This document shows positions 1-14,425 of a stretch of DNA of 64,000 nt, piece by piece. The stretch is from assembly GCF_009914755.1 (NCBI RefSeq), contig NC_060929.1; one strand, given 5' to 3'. The notes beneath the pieces were generated by a model. That model was not told the origin of the DNA and searched no databases. It worked only from the letters and a program-made list of their open reading frames with translations. Every line of letters starts with the position of its first letter. The stretch's first letter is position 1. This DNA is from the human T2T-CHM13v2.0 reference genome, Homo sapiens. Both the position numbers and the translations under genes were made by a program.

Positions 1-347
1 TAGACCCAGAACATCTAGAGGCAAGGCTATGTGCATCCTATATCTATGGCATATTTCCCACCTGATAACACAATGCCTACTAGTGCTCTGTAAATGTTGG
101 GTGAACATTCCTTGTCTGAGGGTCACTACTCCTAGTACCCTAAACTTTCATTCTGCCCCCTGCTTCAGCCTTTATTTGCCCCTACTTTTGACATCACGTT
201 GCCTTCTCAATAGCACTCCTTCTGATTGTGCTTCCAGTCCAGTTCCCCTGCTGAGAAGGAAGCCCTGCCATAGCCATGCCCCTCAACATGGGCTAACCTT
301 GCCTTGTTCTTGTGAATTCCCTTTCGTTTGGCTAAACTCTCTCCCAG

Positions 348-392
348 TAAGAGGAGGAACCCTACCATGCTAAGAGGAGGAACCCTATCATG
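348..392. repeat. 23-bp tandem duplication
   Basis: TAAGAGGAGGAACCCTACCATGC is followed directly by TAAGAGGAGGAACCCTATCATG. Confidence 0.9.
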
Positions 393-1249
393 AACAAACG
401 GATCACTTGTGATTCACGATGCAGCCCTCCTTCTGATAAGTACTGCCCTTTTCTTAGACCTTCCTTCCCTACTCCACCTCCTGGATTGAACTTTTCATAT
501 CTAGCTCTAGTCCAAATCAGGCCTAAAAGAACATAGTTCTAGCATCTGTTTTTCAAAGTGAATCACTCTCCTGCAACAGGGACAACCGTTTTGCAGCTTC
601 TACTTGAGCTTCAGCACCCTACAAAATACTTTTTACAAAGTACTTAGCAGGTTGGAGGCCCAGTTCTCAAATATTTTTCCATGATTTTTGAGGGAAGGAG
701 CAGGAAACAAAATTCATATATATGTGAAAATTTTAAGAAAAAAATGTCAGTTTGGTTGTAGGTGATATGACGATGTGGTCCAGATTAAAAAGAAAGTTTT
801 CAAAGCAGCGAAACACCAGTGTGTAGAGAAATTGAGACCAACTGCAATAGTATCTGCATCATACTTTTTCAAATTAATGTCTTCTTTAATCTGGACAATG
901 TCATTATTTTCAGCTATTTCACACTAAAAATTTTATAAAGAGGAAATGGAAATTTTATAATTATTATAATTTTATAATTGAAATAAATTTATAATTAATT
1001 TTGTAATTATCGTTCATTTTCCAGAAAGAAAGCCAAAGACATCCAGTCACCATTGCTGCTACTGAGAAATGTCTGTGATGTTCTCAAGGATCATTGAGTG
1101 TGTTCTCTATGGTTGAAGTTAGAGTCCGTGTTTTAGGGTTCACCTGGAGCCCTTTCCTGAAACTAATATATTCCTCATCTGCACTTCATCAGCAACCATT
1201 CATGAAAGAAAGAGACACTGGCCAGTATCAGGACTGCAAAAACAAATGC

Positions 1250-1410
1250 AAAAGCCCCAATTTCATGAACAGTAAACCTCTGAGGCTCAAAAGGGCCCTA
1301 ACTTTATTTAATGCTCTGTTGTCAACCTCTTGAAAATCTTAAAAATTTTGTACAAGGGACCCACAATTTCACTGTGCATTGAGTCATACAAATTAGTTCA
1401 TCTTGGCTGA
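1250..1410 (+). mobile_element. MER45A-like hAT DNA transposon fossil
   Basis: Resembles recalled MER45A consensus (AAGGGCCC...TTTAATGCTCTGxTGTC...CTTGAAAxTCTTAAxAATTTT...CAAGGG); ends approximate. Confidence 0.65.
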
Positions 1411-2629
1411 AGCAGTGATTATGAGTTTCTCCTGACACCTCCCATTAAAGTGTCATCAACCATTCACAAGTATCTTATAGCATATGAATCTAGGGGTATA
1501 TGTGAAAAGTGAGAGAGTTAATTCTTCCTTACCTATTTTCCTTGACCTTTCCAAAACTGCTAGGAATTATGTAAGAGCTAGATAAAAAGAAAAAAAAATG
1601 ACCCAGGAAACATAGCTGTGCTCATCAATATAATCTATGATAAATATGAAGCCTTATGTGCTATTAAAACATTTAATTAGGAAAAAAAGACAATTTCTAA
1701 ACTCAAAGATTCCTCCTGCTTAGAAAACCTACAGATGAAAAATTACACAATCATCTCGACAGCGGTTAATGTGCTCCTCTTCCTTTGTAATCATAACTGC
1801 AAGTGTTGTTAAAATTTTAGTTATTATACCAACATAAAATTAAATTTAAACTATTTTATTTATTGTTCAGCAAACTGCAACCCAGTTAAGAATTGTTGCA
1901 TTGTAAAAAGTTGTACCTTTTTTAAAATAATTCATTGAGCCTTCCTTTTAGTAGCCTGGATCAGAACAATTCCATTTGTTATTCATTCAGATTCACGTAA
2001 ATGTTCCACAGTGTTTTACCATTAAAGGACTCTTAAAATGAACAGCAATATTTGCTTCTCTCCTTTTCTAAGCAACTCTTTATTTCATGTATTATTTGAA
2101 GAAGGTTGTTATGATCAGCAGACAGGAGCTAGTGAAAACATAATTTTTAAATCTCAAATGGTAATCCTTTTCAGTCTTGTAAAGACTGCTAGCCTTAATT
2201 AATGTCTCCAGTATGAAGTGAACTGTTATGTCTGAAGAGAAGCTTTCTTTAATCTTTCTTATACTCTGAGGATCTAAGTATGATTAAGAACTTAATTCAA
2301 AACATGACACAACTAACATATTCATTCATTCACATAGTCACTGACTCGAAAAGTACTAGTTTAGTTGTTGCTATGTGCAAAGCATTGACCTTAAATATAG
2401 GAGATATGAAGACAGTTAAAAACAGACATGATTCCTAATCTAGAGTACAAATCTAGTGGAAGATATAGCACTTAGTAAAGTAATGATAAAAATGAAAGCA
2501 AATCTCATCTGTGGAAAGTAAAAGAGAGAGGTCCTCAGTGCTAGGAAACATATAGAGGAAGTCAGATGGTATCTAAAGTAACATACTGAGTGGTGATCAA
2601 TAGTTTAATATCTAGATGTAAGATATTTC

Positions 2630-3690
2630 TATAAATTAGTAAAATAAAGATTAAATAACTCCATATAATATTGGGTAGAATAGTTGAATAGGCAGTTCAC
2701 AAAAAAAGAATATTTTTTTCTTTTTATCAAAACAATTTCAAAATTAATAAATAAAATATGCAAAATACCAAACATCATTTGTGATCAAGGAAATGCAAAT
2801 AAAAACATATACCATATATTGACATGACCAAGTTTTGGGAAGCAAGTAGAAAAATGGAAGCTCCCACTGTAGGTGGAGGGTGAATTGGTAAATCTATATT
2901 AGAGAGGAATTTGACAATATCTTTTAAAATTGACAATGTTTAAGCCCTCAACCCAGCTCTAGTACTCATAGGTATGTGTCCTAGGAAAACTTGAGCATAA
3001 GCAAATTATAGAACAATGTTCACTGAAGCATTATTTATAATATAGAGAAGATAATGATAATTAAATTATGCCATAATCATGTAATACATGGCAATTAAAG
3101 AAAATAAACTGAGTCAACATGCATAAGTCTACAAAAGACATAATGTTAAAGTAGCTGACTTTATGTAAACTTTATGAATCCATGCATACAAATTGCAAAT
3201 ATTGTGAAATATTATATTCTTACACACATTCAGTGATCTTTCACTATCCAAATTTTTGCTATTCAAATTTAGGAATTGATGAGATCTGGTACATTTCTTT
3301 ATAAATCTCTCTCTGTCTAAACTGTCATTACTTGCTATTTGAAATTCAGAAACCAAATAGATTTAGATAATATGCTATTCTTTGCTCCATAACCCTGTAT
3401 CCAAATTCAGATAGAGATTATAATTGCATAGAGAGGGGAACTTTTCATACAAAATAATTGATGGGAACCTGCTAGATTCAAAACAGTGGTTGATTTCTGG
3501 TTAGGAGGGAAGATAATGAAATAATAACTTTGTAACTCTCAATGCTTCTGTAATACACTCAATGTTTTTAAAAATTCCGGAACAATTTACCAAAATATTT
3601 AATTTGATAAACAATGTGTAAATGACATTTGTGTTATTATATATATATATAATTTCTTTATGTTTAAAATAATTTAGAATTTGCAAAAAA
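2630..3690 (+). mobile_element. Old L1M (L1ME-like) 3' remnant interrupting L2 fragments
   Basis: GAAATGCAAATAAAAAC, AATGTTCACTGAAGCATTATTTATAATA and other L1 3'-region motifs; L2-like sequence on both sides (about 2310-2600 and 3700-4080). Confidence 0.5.
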
Positions 3691-4419
3691 ACTGTAATGA
3701 AATCATTCGGATATGAGGTGAGTTAAGAATATTGCAGATGGAATAGCATACGCAAAGACTTGTGGCAGGACAGAACATGGCACATGCAAGAAACTTAACC
3801 AATTCCTCTGCTACTGAGGGGAGAGACCATTGAGGGCAGGGATGTGAAAGGGTTCTAGGGCCTATTAGGATCTGATGGCGTCATTCTAAGAGCAAAGTGA
3901 AACCAGTAGAGAACCTCAGATATGAGTCTATGGAGGTTAGGGATAGTAATAAGATTTACATTTTAAAAAGATTTAGTATCATTGCAGTGTGAGAAATGAA
4001 TTAGAATGGAGCCAGGGGGAGTCACTGATCGTTTGAAAGGCATTGCAGTACTCCAGATGATTAAGAAAAATAATGAGTAGGACATATAAAATTAGAATAA
4101 AAACCTGAATAAGATATAGATGTCAAGCTTGACACCCTAATATACTTACTGGAAGATGAAGAGAATTACACAAAAAGTAAATGAGTCTGATCAACAGATT
4201 TGAGTATTCTTGAATCTAAAGTGGGAAATCATTACCAAAAATAGTCATTGGAGCATATTATCAGTCCCTTAATCTCAAAAGGAAAGATATAGTATAAGGT
4301 AATGCCTTCTGCCTAGAAGATCTGAACCAGAAAGTATCAGCTGATAATTATTATACTGTTTTATTTAGATCTCTATGGACTCCAAAATAAAGAAATGTCT
4401 GATGTTAGAGGTATTGGAT

Positions 4420-4657
4420 CTTATCACTGAAGTCTCAAATCAAATATCACCTCCTCTAAGAGATTTCTTTGACTACTCCTCGTATGACACCAACTTCATA
4501 TTTGCTCTATGAAATCAACACATGTAATAATCTCGACCCCCTAGTAGAATACAAGTTCTGGGAGGGCAGGATCATCATGTGTTTTTAAATGCTCCACCTC
4601 AGTACCTAGAGCAGAGTAAGTGCTCAATAAATACCTGTAAAATGTATGAGTGAATAA
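4420..4657 (+). mobile_element. L2 3' end fragment
   Basis: CAAATATCACCTCCTCT...GAGGGCAGGA...AGTGCTCAATAAATA...TGAGTGAAT, the typical L2 terminus. Confidence 0.6.
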
Positions 4658-5414
4658 TTTCATAGGTGCAAGAGAAGAGAGAATAACAGAAAGATTTCAC
4701 TTATCGATGCCCCTAAATTTTGAGAAAAACTAAACAAAAACAAAGGTAGAGAAAAAGGCTGAGTAATGCCTTTCAATATATTTATAGATTCTTTCCTCAA
4801 AAGAGCTCACCTTTTCAGAGATAACAGCCTTATTATCCATTACACATCAATGTGTACATTGGCATTCAGTATGGAAATTCCATATGCATGTAGTCCATTT
4901 CATAAATTTTGGTGTCATGCTTTACAATTAATAAATATTTACTACCACCATTGTCTACTTCAAAAGCTGAGGAGCACATTTAAGGCTCCTCGGGAGACAT
5001 AAATATTTCATGTTAAGCATTCTATGTGACAAGTACAAAATATAACAACAAAATTTAACAGGCGGAGCACATTTAACATAATCAATCATGTCCTAAGAGA
5101 AGTATTACAAATAAAATGGATGAGTTCAACATTTCTGGGTCAAATATAATTGTTACTGTGCACTTACATATTTGCTAACAGTAGGGTAAATAGAAACAGA
5201 AGGTCTAAAACATATTTTAATAAAATACAACACTGTATGTAAAGATAAAATTATTAAATTTATCATATCATGCATATTGAGAAGTAATTTTTTTAAAGAG
5301 TAGGCTCAAAGTATCTGAATAATTGCTAAGTATAACCACACATTCAGAAATTCCCTACTGGTCAATAAAAGCCCCAAATTTACAGATTTCTTGATGTGTT
5401 GTCAGAAGGAATAT

Positions 5415-5780
5415 ATATGCAGTAATATATAACCCCAAAATCTCAGTGGTTTGATACAACAAAAGTTTATTCCTCATACATGTTAGGTCCATATGGGTCC
5501 AGACCGCTTCCTAGGGCACCTGTCCTCCATGTAGTAACTCAGGGATCCACAATGTTTAATCCTATAATTCTGACATCTCAGAAAATAGTGTCAATAATTC
5601 CCACATGCGAGGAAAGAAAAATACTAGCTGATCACTAAAAGGCTTTTAATTTCATTAGCCTGGCAGTGGTATACATCACTAAACACACATTTGATTGGCC
5701 AGAACTAATTTTGCATGATCCTGCTTAACTGCAAGGTGTTGGAAAATGTAACTTTTTGTGTGCTTAGGGAAAAAAGTGAG
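5415..5780 (-). mobile_element. MLT1-family (MaLR) LTR remnant
   Basis: CCCCAAAATCTCAGTGGTTT...CAACAAAAGTTTATT...ATTGGCCAGAACTA...CTTAACTGCAAGG motifs. Confidence 0.55.
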
Positions 5781-6761
5781 AACCACGCTTGATTTTTTTA
5801 AACTCTAAAACTCTTCATAATTAGAATAATAACATATACAAACCCATCACAGATTAAGCCAAATAGATTTCCCATTTAAAATATATATTCTGTATAATCA
5901 GGGAAAATTATCATTCAAGAGTTTACAGAATACAGATGGTAAGAAACAGCCCTAACATCTAATTTGATGTATGATAGAATTTAGTTGGCAGATGTGGGAA
6001 TTACTTTCCAAAAGAACATTTGGTCAGCATCAAATTGTAACCATATAAGCAGACTTTTACTCTGTGGCACAACTAAATCAATCTTCAGCACAAATTTTTA
6101 ACATCACTCATTGAGTCCAAGAGGAAATTTCCAGTGAGATGTAGAAAGACAATCAAGAAAAAGATCTCAGGGGTAGAACTCAAGCTATCATATTATTAAA
6201 TATACTAAATGAAGTTAGATTTTATAAAACAAGTTTATTAAAGCAATGAAAAGGAAAATTAATTTGACAAATCCAAAATAGATTCTAGGGATTAGACATA
6301 TCTCTATTTTCAACATTATTTTCTGTCTTTAAAATGCATTTTCTCCTCAAATATCCTCAGAAAGTTTTAAAAATTGGTAATAATTCTTCAATTTTTCATC
6401 AGAAAAAAGGAATCCTTAGCAAACATTAAACATAACTGTAGAGCAGAAAATTCAAATTGCAGAAATATATCCAGAAAGTGACTCAAGTATTTATTTGACT
6501 TTTATATTTTAATCTGAACATTTAATTTGAGCTTGTGATATTAATGAATTCCAAAATACAGATACCATGTTTATTCTTTTCACTTAAAAACTAACCATTT
6601 TTAGAGTAGAGTAAATGTTGCTAATTTTACAATTCTCCATTTAAAATACACTTTTATTTTTATAATACTTTTCAAAATATTATATTTCTGCACATTTAAA
6701 CCTGCTCAATGAATTTATCTGATGCATGTTTTCATGTTGATGATATTAATTACAATTTACT

Positions 6762-6909
6762 GGCCAGGCATGGTAGCTCATGCCGATAATCCCAGCACTG
6801 TGGGACACTGAGGTGGGAAGATCACTTGATACCAGGAGTTTGAGACCAGCCTGGGTAACACAGCAAGACACTCTTCTGTATTCTAAAAAATGAAATAAAA
6901 TTTAAAAAA
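6762..6909 (+). mobile_element. Alu left monomer (FLAM/AluJ-like)
   Basis: GGCCAGGCATGGTAGCTCATGCC..TAATCCCAGCAC...GAGTTTGAGACCAGCCTGGG followed by an A-rich tail. Confidence 0.85.
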
Positions 6910-7199
6910 TGACAAATTATGGCTCTCTGACCTTTTCCAACAATTATTGTCTGAGTTTTGCTTTCTACTACATTCCCAGTAGACATGTGAGAATAAACTG
7001 TGCTCTCTTGGAATGAGGTGGTTTGAATAATATTACTTTAACAAATCTATTGATCAGACAATAAAAATTTGAGAAAAAGCACTTGCAGTGGTTTTTGAAC
7101 CATTCAAATAGAGAAGACAAACTATACGAAAAAGCATACAAAACACAAATAAAAATAATAATAGACAATAAAGTTTAGTTGATAATAAGTGTACATATA

Positions 7200-8750
7200 A
7201 TCCTGTAGAGAATACACAACTTTTTAGTTACATGAAACAATTTTTAAGATGTATTATTTATTTGTCACAAAGAAAAACCTCAGTGAATCCAAACAATACA
7301 AAGCATGTGAACACAATGTTTATACTACAATGCAGTAGGTCTAGAGGTTAATAACACAAATATAGATGAAGAATAAGAAAATGAAACCACAAAATCATAT
7401 TTAATTCACCTACCCAACCAATTAGCAATATAATGAAAGTAATATATTCATATACTATTCATAAATACAATAGTTTCTAACATTTTAACAGAAGAGATTA
7501 AAATAAATGGGGGAATAATTGGGGAAGATTTTTAAATTTATAAATGTTTGGTGTCCATGAGATTATATATTAATATTTTATATACTAATCTAATGGATTT
7601 TCTGAAAAAAAATAGAATTCCCATAATTATCTCAAGAATTAGAAAATCAAATCAAATCAGACCAATGACAATAAATGAAGTAGAAAAACTAAGAGATAAA
7701 TATCTCTAAAATAATATCTTGTCTCTACAACTTACTGGTAAATTCACACAAACATTGAACATTGGATATTTCTCACCCCTTACAATCTCTTTTAGAAGAT
7801 AGATATAGTTGGATTAAATTTTATGTATTCCTCATGACATAAAAAATAGACAAAGTTAGCACCAAGAAAATGTTACAGAACATAAATCATATTTTAAAAT
7901 CCCAAGTGGAATTGAATTTATTGACTTATTAAAAATTAATCCACCACAGACAAATAGTTTCTCCCAGAAATGCTAAAATATTTTTGTACATATCATAACA
8001 CTAATTAGCCCTAAATGAAAAAGTATATGATCATCTCGTAAGATGCCCAAAACTTATCTGATGAAACTTAACCATCATTCCGGGAAAGACTTAAAAGAAC
8101 AATAGATGAGCACTCCCTGAAAAACGCTATAGAATGAACAAACCATTATACACTTATGGACAAGTATTAGAGGCATTTTCAATAGTATGTTTTTTAAAGT
8201 ATCATAATAAGTGTGCCTACTGTGCTAATTACTTTTTAACCTCATTCTAGCCAATGCAATAAGACAAGAAACAAAAGATGTAAAGACTGTAAAGTCAAAA
8301 TTATCATTATGTTTAAGATTGACAGTCTATCTAGAAAACCAAAGAAAAAATACTAAAATACAATTAGACTTTAAAAACAAACTTATTAAGGTAATGAATA
8401 CAAAAACTAATTTACAAATCCAAAATACATCTAATAAACTAGGAGTAACAATTCAAAAAATATAATTAAGAAGAAAACTAAAAAATAGAAAATGAACAAA
8501 AATATGTGAATAACATATAGAGAAAAATATCAAATTTTTCTAAGAAATATAAAACCAGGTTTGACTATATAAAGAGATATAGAAATTGCTAGATGCGAAT
8601 AATGAGTGTTATGAATATGGTAATTTCCTCAAATTTAACATAATTCCAATTAAAATCCACATTAAATCAGTTTGAATTTGATAAAAATCACATTTTACAA
8701 AATGATTATGTAAAACAGAAGAATTTTGAAAAAACAAGTCATAAAAGGAA
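7200..8750 (+). mobile_element. Highly decayed L1M ORF2 remnant
   Basis: A-rich strand bias with L1 ORF2-like motifs (ATATGATCATCTC..AGATGC, CTAGCCAATGCAATAAGACAAGAAA, TATCTAGAAAACCAAAGA). Confidence 0.55.
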
Positions 8751-11700
8751 ATAGGGATCAAATTAGATTCCCATGAATTCATCCACATATCTCATAAAAA
8801 GAATGTAGTTAAAGCTTATAATTAAAATGGGCCTGGCAAGCCAACCAAAAAATGTTCTAAGATCTTCTAATTCATCCATTTTGTATCAACTTGGTTTACT
8901 TCTGGGAAATGTTAGTTGCTTAAAGAGAAGCATTAACAAAATAGCATGCAATGAAGAGAAACAGGTTTAGAATTTCATTAATATATACAGAGACTTTAAG
9001 AACCTGCCCACAGAAATGAAATTTTAAACCAAATATAACAGTTTTTTAATTTAAAAAATTTACATTCTTTTACCAAGAAAAAAATATATGTTTTTTTCTC
9101 TGTAAATGAGAATATTTTTAGAGACTATTGCTTAATGGTTTGCTTCCAGTTTAATGTGATTTTAATCTTTACCTCTCATTTGAAATAAACTTAACACAAA
9201 CTTTATGAAATGTCTATAATTTTAATTATTTTCATATGTAAAGTCTATTTATTTGCAATTAGCATGAATTAGGAAAATGTTAAAGGACTTAATTTACTCT
9301 GACAGTAACACAATAGCATGGATTTTAATACTCTTCAGAAAAGACATAGTATAATCATAATCGGTGGGCCCCGCCTTTCTCCTTTTATTCTGAGATATTA
9401 TCATTTCACAGATATGATTTCAAATCAATATTTAGGTTATATATAATATTTATTACATACATGATTTTAATTTGAAAAAAAAGAATATTTAAAGGCTTAT
9501 ATGTACATATTTGGCATTCATTGCTCTTATCTCACAAATTCCAAACCTTAGGAGAGGCAGCCACTTTCAAATCTTACTTATTTCTTCTCTGTAATGCTGA
9601 GATGAAGCTAATAAAATCTTGTTATATTTGTACTTTTTGAATTTTATATATTTCTAATCTTTACATTCTAATATTTTCTGTTTTATCTTTAGCTGCTACA
9701 CTGTTTGTTTCCTATGTATTTACATCTATAATATCTTCTTCATTTGTACTTTTAATGTATATATTGCCCTTTCTTAATCCCCTCAATGCTTTTAATTGTA
9801 CATTCCAACTTGTTGGACAATAACTGTACCATTTTTATTTTCTTTGGGTTTCAAATGCCTGTTAACTTTTTTGTCCACCCCTTTGTTTTTCATTTTATTT
9901 TTATTAATGTTATTATTATTTTAAGCATATTCCTTGAAAACAGGATGTATTTGAGGTTTGTTTTCTATTCCAATTTGTGTCTCTTTCTCTTTTGGATAGT
10001 TTCAGACTATTCACAGTATAATTTATCATATTTTCCATTTTATTCAAACTTATTCTATTAATTATTTTAGATTTTATTTTCTCCTTAGTCTATTTCTTGA
10101 ATGATTATTCTATTGTTTGTCATTCTAGGTTTCTCCTGATTAGATTGAAGATTTTGTAATTCTTCCTTTCTATTGTTATTCCTCTCACTATTTTCTTAAA
10201 TACACACGTAATGATTCTATTATTTGTAAACTGGTTACCAACTAGTCCCTCACCAGAATTCACTGCCTCTCTCACCATGGTATTCTAATTACCATCTTCT
10301 TTTGCTTTACTCCTTTCTCCTATAGAATAAAACCTTTAAAATAGATTTATACCTCTCTTTATTATCCTTCTCATGATACATGAGACCTTTGGAACATTTT
10401 AATCTCCTTCTTCCCTAAACTCCAACTGACAGGTTTTGCAAGGGTAGTTTGTAGTTAGAATTTCTCTCACAGAATGTCTCTTCTGTTTTACATGATCTTA
10501 TTTAGCACTTGCAATATATATTTTCAGGCGGTTTATCCTTAATCATTATACTTCTATATCTGTACTGATATCTGCATTCATACCTGTAGTTCACCTGAGG
10601 TTTCTGTTCATGCCTTTTAATTGGAATCTTCCCTCTGACTTCAGATGTGGAGGGCAACTTCCATTTGTCCACCTGTGCGATCTTTTTTCTTCCCTCTAGG
10701 CATATGGTAGAATCTACACTTCTCACCCTTTTGCAGTTCAGTGAGACCCTGACACTGGTCTAGCCACCAAGCTCTTAGCAGAAGTGGACTGTCCCTTGTT
10801 TCTGCTGTGATATCCTCTTGCAAAAACTTTCATTCCCATCTCCCATGATGCTAAATGGTCAATTTGGTGAATGTTAGAGGGCACTTAAGCTGGGGAATCA
10901 ATAACTTTTATTATGGGAAATGATACATGTTAGAATATCAGGAAACAGTCAAAGCATAAAATTATTAAGCTATGGGTAAAACTTAATGTAATTGTATGAA
11001 TATCGAGGCTAGTTAGTTAACCTTAGGATTTAAAGCTCAAATAACATAAATAAAAATAAATATATTATGATGCATGTTATTATAATCAGGCATTAAGGAT
11101 ACATAGAATGAGAAGAATTATTAATAATAGGTAATATATAATACATTTCTTTATATGTATCATTTATTTGAATCCATATAGTCATTTTAAAGATGAGAAT
11201 ATCAAAGACAGAAGAATTTGGACCAGTTGCATGTGCATGAGTAAGCAATGGAACAGAGACTGTCACCTGGATGTGATGGAATAAAAGACCCAGCCCCACA
11301 CACCCCTGCCTATCGGCTTTCGTGTTTGTTGTAGTTCAGTAGTTTCTGTCATCTGGGAATGACCTTATGAATAAAGTAATATTTCATTGTCATTACATGA
11401 CAAAAAGACAGCAGTCGGGTGATATTTTAAGCTTGCTCTAGTCATCAAATATAGTGTAAAAGGAAGTACACTTTCAAAATGAGATGATTTGAAGAATTAA
11501 TTTGAATAGCATGGTGCCTCCCCATCAGCCTGAACCTTCCAATGGGAAAGGTGAAGAACTACTTTTTTTTTTTGCTCATACAATTGGTATTACTTCTTTC
11601 GTTTCTTCCTTCTTTCTAACATATTTTCTTGGAATGCATTTCCTATGTATTATGGGGGATGTAAAATGGATTGGATAATGAATCCTGCTCTCAAATAACT

Positions 11701-13404
11701 TAAAAGACTATGAAGTATCAACTGTCATGATGAGGGTTCAGAGAAGGTGACATGACTCCTGGCTGAAAGTCCTTTGAGGAAGTATGTAGAGCTGGGCCTG
11801 GAGAAGAGCAAACAGAACTTTCAGTATAGCAGAAGCACATAGTGAAGGAAGACCAATGAAAAATTATGACTGGGAAGCCGACTGGACTCAGATACTGGAA
11901 ACCCTAGTATGAAAAGCAAGAAATTTTTATCTCAGTCTATGAGTCAAGATCCTGCAAACTTTTTTGACCTAATACACCCAATTAGTAAAAAAGTAAACAA
12001 AAACATTTAAAATTAGAGTAAAATCAGTAGCAAAATAAAATTTTAGAAGTCTTTTAAAAAATTACAGTGTGTGTGCAGTATGTATTAATCATTACAGATA
12101 TAACTATAACTATTATTAGCTAATACTTATAGGCAAATATCTACTTACGATGAAGGTCATCACTAAAAACAGTAGATATAAACCTACATTCCAAATAATC
12201 TCCTAAATCATTTTAAAAAATATTTGGCAACTTCTCATTGTGTTATGTGGGAACATACTTGTTTTTGTCTTTTAGCAAGTCTGGCAGAATACCTGTGAAC
12301 AAAATGGAAAGCACCAACGCCACCATTTTCACCTGAATTTACATTATTTATGATTCTTGTAGCCTGCAAGGTCTTTCTAGGAATATTTTAATTTCCTCAT
12401 ATAATTTGTGAAAGTTCAGATAGCTAAAACTAGATAATGTAATTGGTTACTTAGCCTGGCACAAATAAACTATATGTAGCAATATGCTGACAGCAAGGGA
12501 AAAAGAAAAAGGAAAGGAAGGCTCTACTGTCCCCCTCTGTCCAATGTGCCACTTTCATTATTTCTTCAAGATATTTTTTGTATTGTGCATGATCTATAAC
12601 CTACCAACCTACCAATAAATGGACCACATCTGTATATTTGTGTTAATCAGTATATAACATTATTAGTAAAGTTTTGTTTCCTATGTTTTAGATTGAAAAG
12701 TATAATAATAAGATGTTTTAGTATTTCTTCTTGGGCCTCAATGAATCATCTTGAAAATACCTAGAGTACAAATATTCATACTTCGAAGAAAATTTCTATA
12801 GGCACACAAGAACCACGTGAAGAATCTTGTGCAGAAGACAGAGGTCAAGCTATGGTTGAAGTAGTGAGCGAACAGCAGAGTACCCACAGATCCTTAGTTA
12901 AGAACAGGAGTGATATGGAAAGTGATAGACTACTGTTAGAATTTAACTCAGGAATTTTGTGTCCAAATCCAGTGATGGTTTGATATATTTACAAAAAAAC
13001 TGGCAATACTTCATCATATTTACCTCACATTTTATAACATTGTTATAACTACTATTTATATTTATCCATTTTTTCTCATCCAGATAATAATTCTCCAAGT
13101 AGCATTAAAAATGTAACTATCATGTGTAAAAATGAGACAAATAATATAATGTCAAATCAACTTGGTATCTGATAGTGATGATTCTTACAGGCAGGGATTA
13201 TAGATAAAGTAGTGATTCTTAAACTATTTTGTTAACTAATAGCAGTTATTTCTAATTGCTAAAGCAATCTGTGTGTTGTCACACATAGCATTAAATGAAA
13301 GTACAATCTTTTAAGCCATAATTTGAATGTGTGTTTTTCTCTTATAATCAAATGGAGATCCTTTCAGTTATAATGAAGAGTATAGCTGACAAAATGTAGC
13401 TTAA

Positions 13405-13560
13405 AGCGGTAGTTCTTAAACTTTAGCATACATCGGAACTTCGAGAGGGTTTGTGAAATCACAGAATGCTTTGTCAACCCCCAGGTTTTCTGATTCAATA
13501 ATCTAAGCTGGGGCCCAAGCATTCTGTTTTCTAACAAATGTCTGATGTTGCTGTCTAGGA
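13405..13560. mobile_element. MER5A-like hAT-Charlie MITE inside an MLT1 remnant (MLT1 extends to about 13870)
   Basis: GTAGTTCTTAAACTTTAG...TTCTGATTCAATAATCT..GCTGGGGCCCAAG..TCTG.TTTCTAACAA. Confidence 0.65.
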
Positions 13561-14255
13561 ACTTAAATAAACAAGTATTCTGGAGGTAAGTGGTTTTAGT
13601 GTTGGCTTATTCAGCAGCAAAATGGTTTTATCAATGTCCAATGTGCTTGCCATCATTCCTGTCTTCTATTTTCATGGCTTTGCCCTGTTGCCACGGAATG
13701 GCTGCTGTAGCTCCATACCTCATGTGTTCATCTATCCATTACTCAAAGGCAGGCAATGTGGACGAGTTTCTCCTCTCATTTATCATCAAATAAAACTTTT
13801 CTTCATAGCCTCAAACAGTCCTTTCCCCTTACCTCCCATAAACCAGGATTTGATCAATGTAATTGCCTAGCCTTAAGGGAAATAAAATAAAAATAAAATA
13901 AGACTGAAGTTTAAGTTTTTCCATGCCAAGTTGGCTAACAACCTTCAGTATGAAAATAAGTTTCCTAGAAAAACCATAAAACACACTCATAAAGTGGTGG
14001 AAAAGAGTATCAGTCTAATTAAATAAATGCAAATTTTGTAAATTCACCTCAAACCTTATGAAATAAAGTAGCTCTAATGTCTGAAAACACAAGGGCTATG
14101 AGATAAAAGACTCATAATTGCTATTAAGTGACTTTCCACAACATTTGGTACGTTGGCTCATACCTTGAAATAGACATAAGAAATTTGACTGGCAACACTT
14201 CGCCATATTTAACTCAAGAAGTTGGCTAAATTTAAGAGAATACAGAGCTGCTATT

Positions 14256-14425
14256 CAGAACCGGCTACATACTTTGCAAGGTCCAGTGCAATATAAAAGC
14301 GCAGATCCCTTGTTCAAAAATTATCAAGAATTTCAAGATGGCAACAGTGGTGAACTAAGCATGGGGCTCTTCTTAAATCAGGGTACTGTGTGCTGCACAA
14401 TTCAGTCACCTATGAATTGGTCTTG
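14256..14425 (-). mobile_element. MER45A-like hAT DNA transposon fossil
   Basis: CAGAACCGGCTACATACTTTGC..GTCCAGTGCAA...CCCTTGTTCAAAAATTATCAAGAATTTCAAGATGGC matches the reverse complement of recalled MER45A. Confidence 0.75.

Noticed and set aside
925-1010. AT-only quasi-palindromic stretch
   Set aside because: Low-complexity sequence; self-complementarity is trivial.
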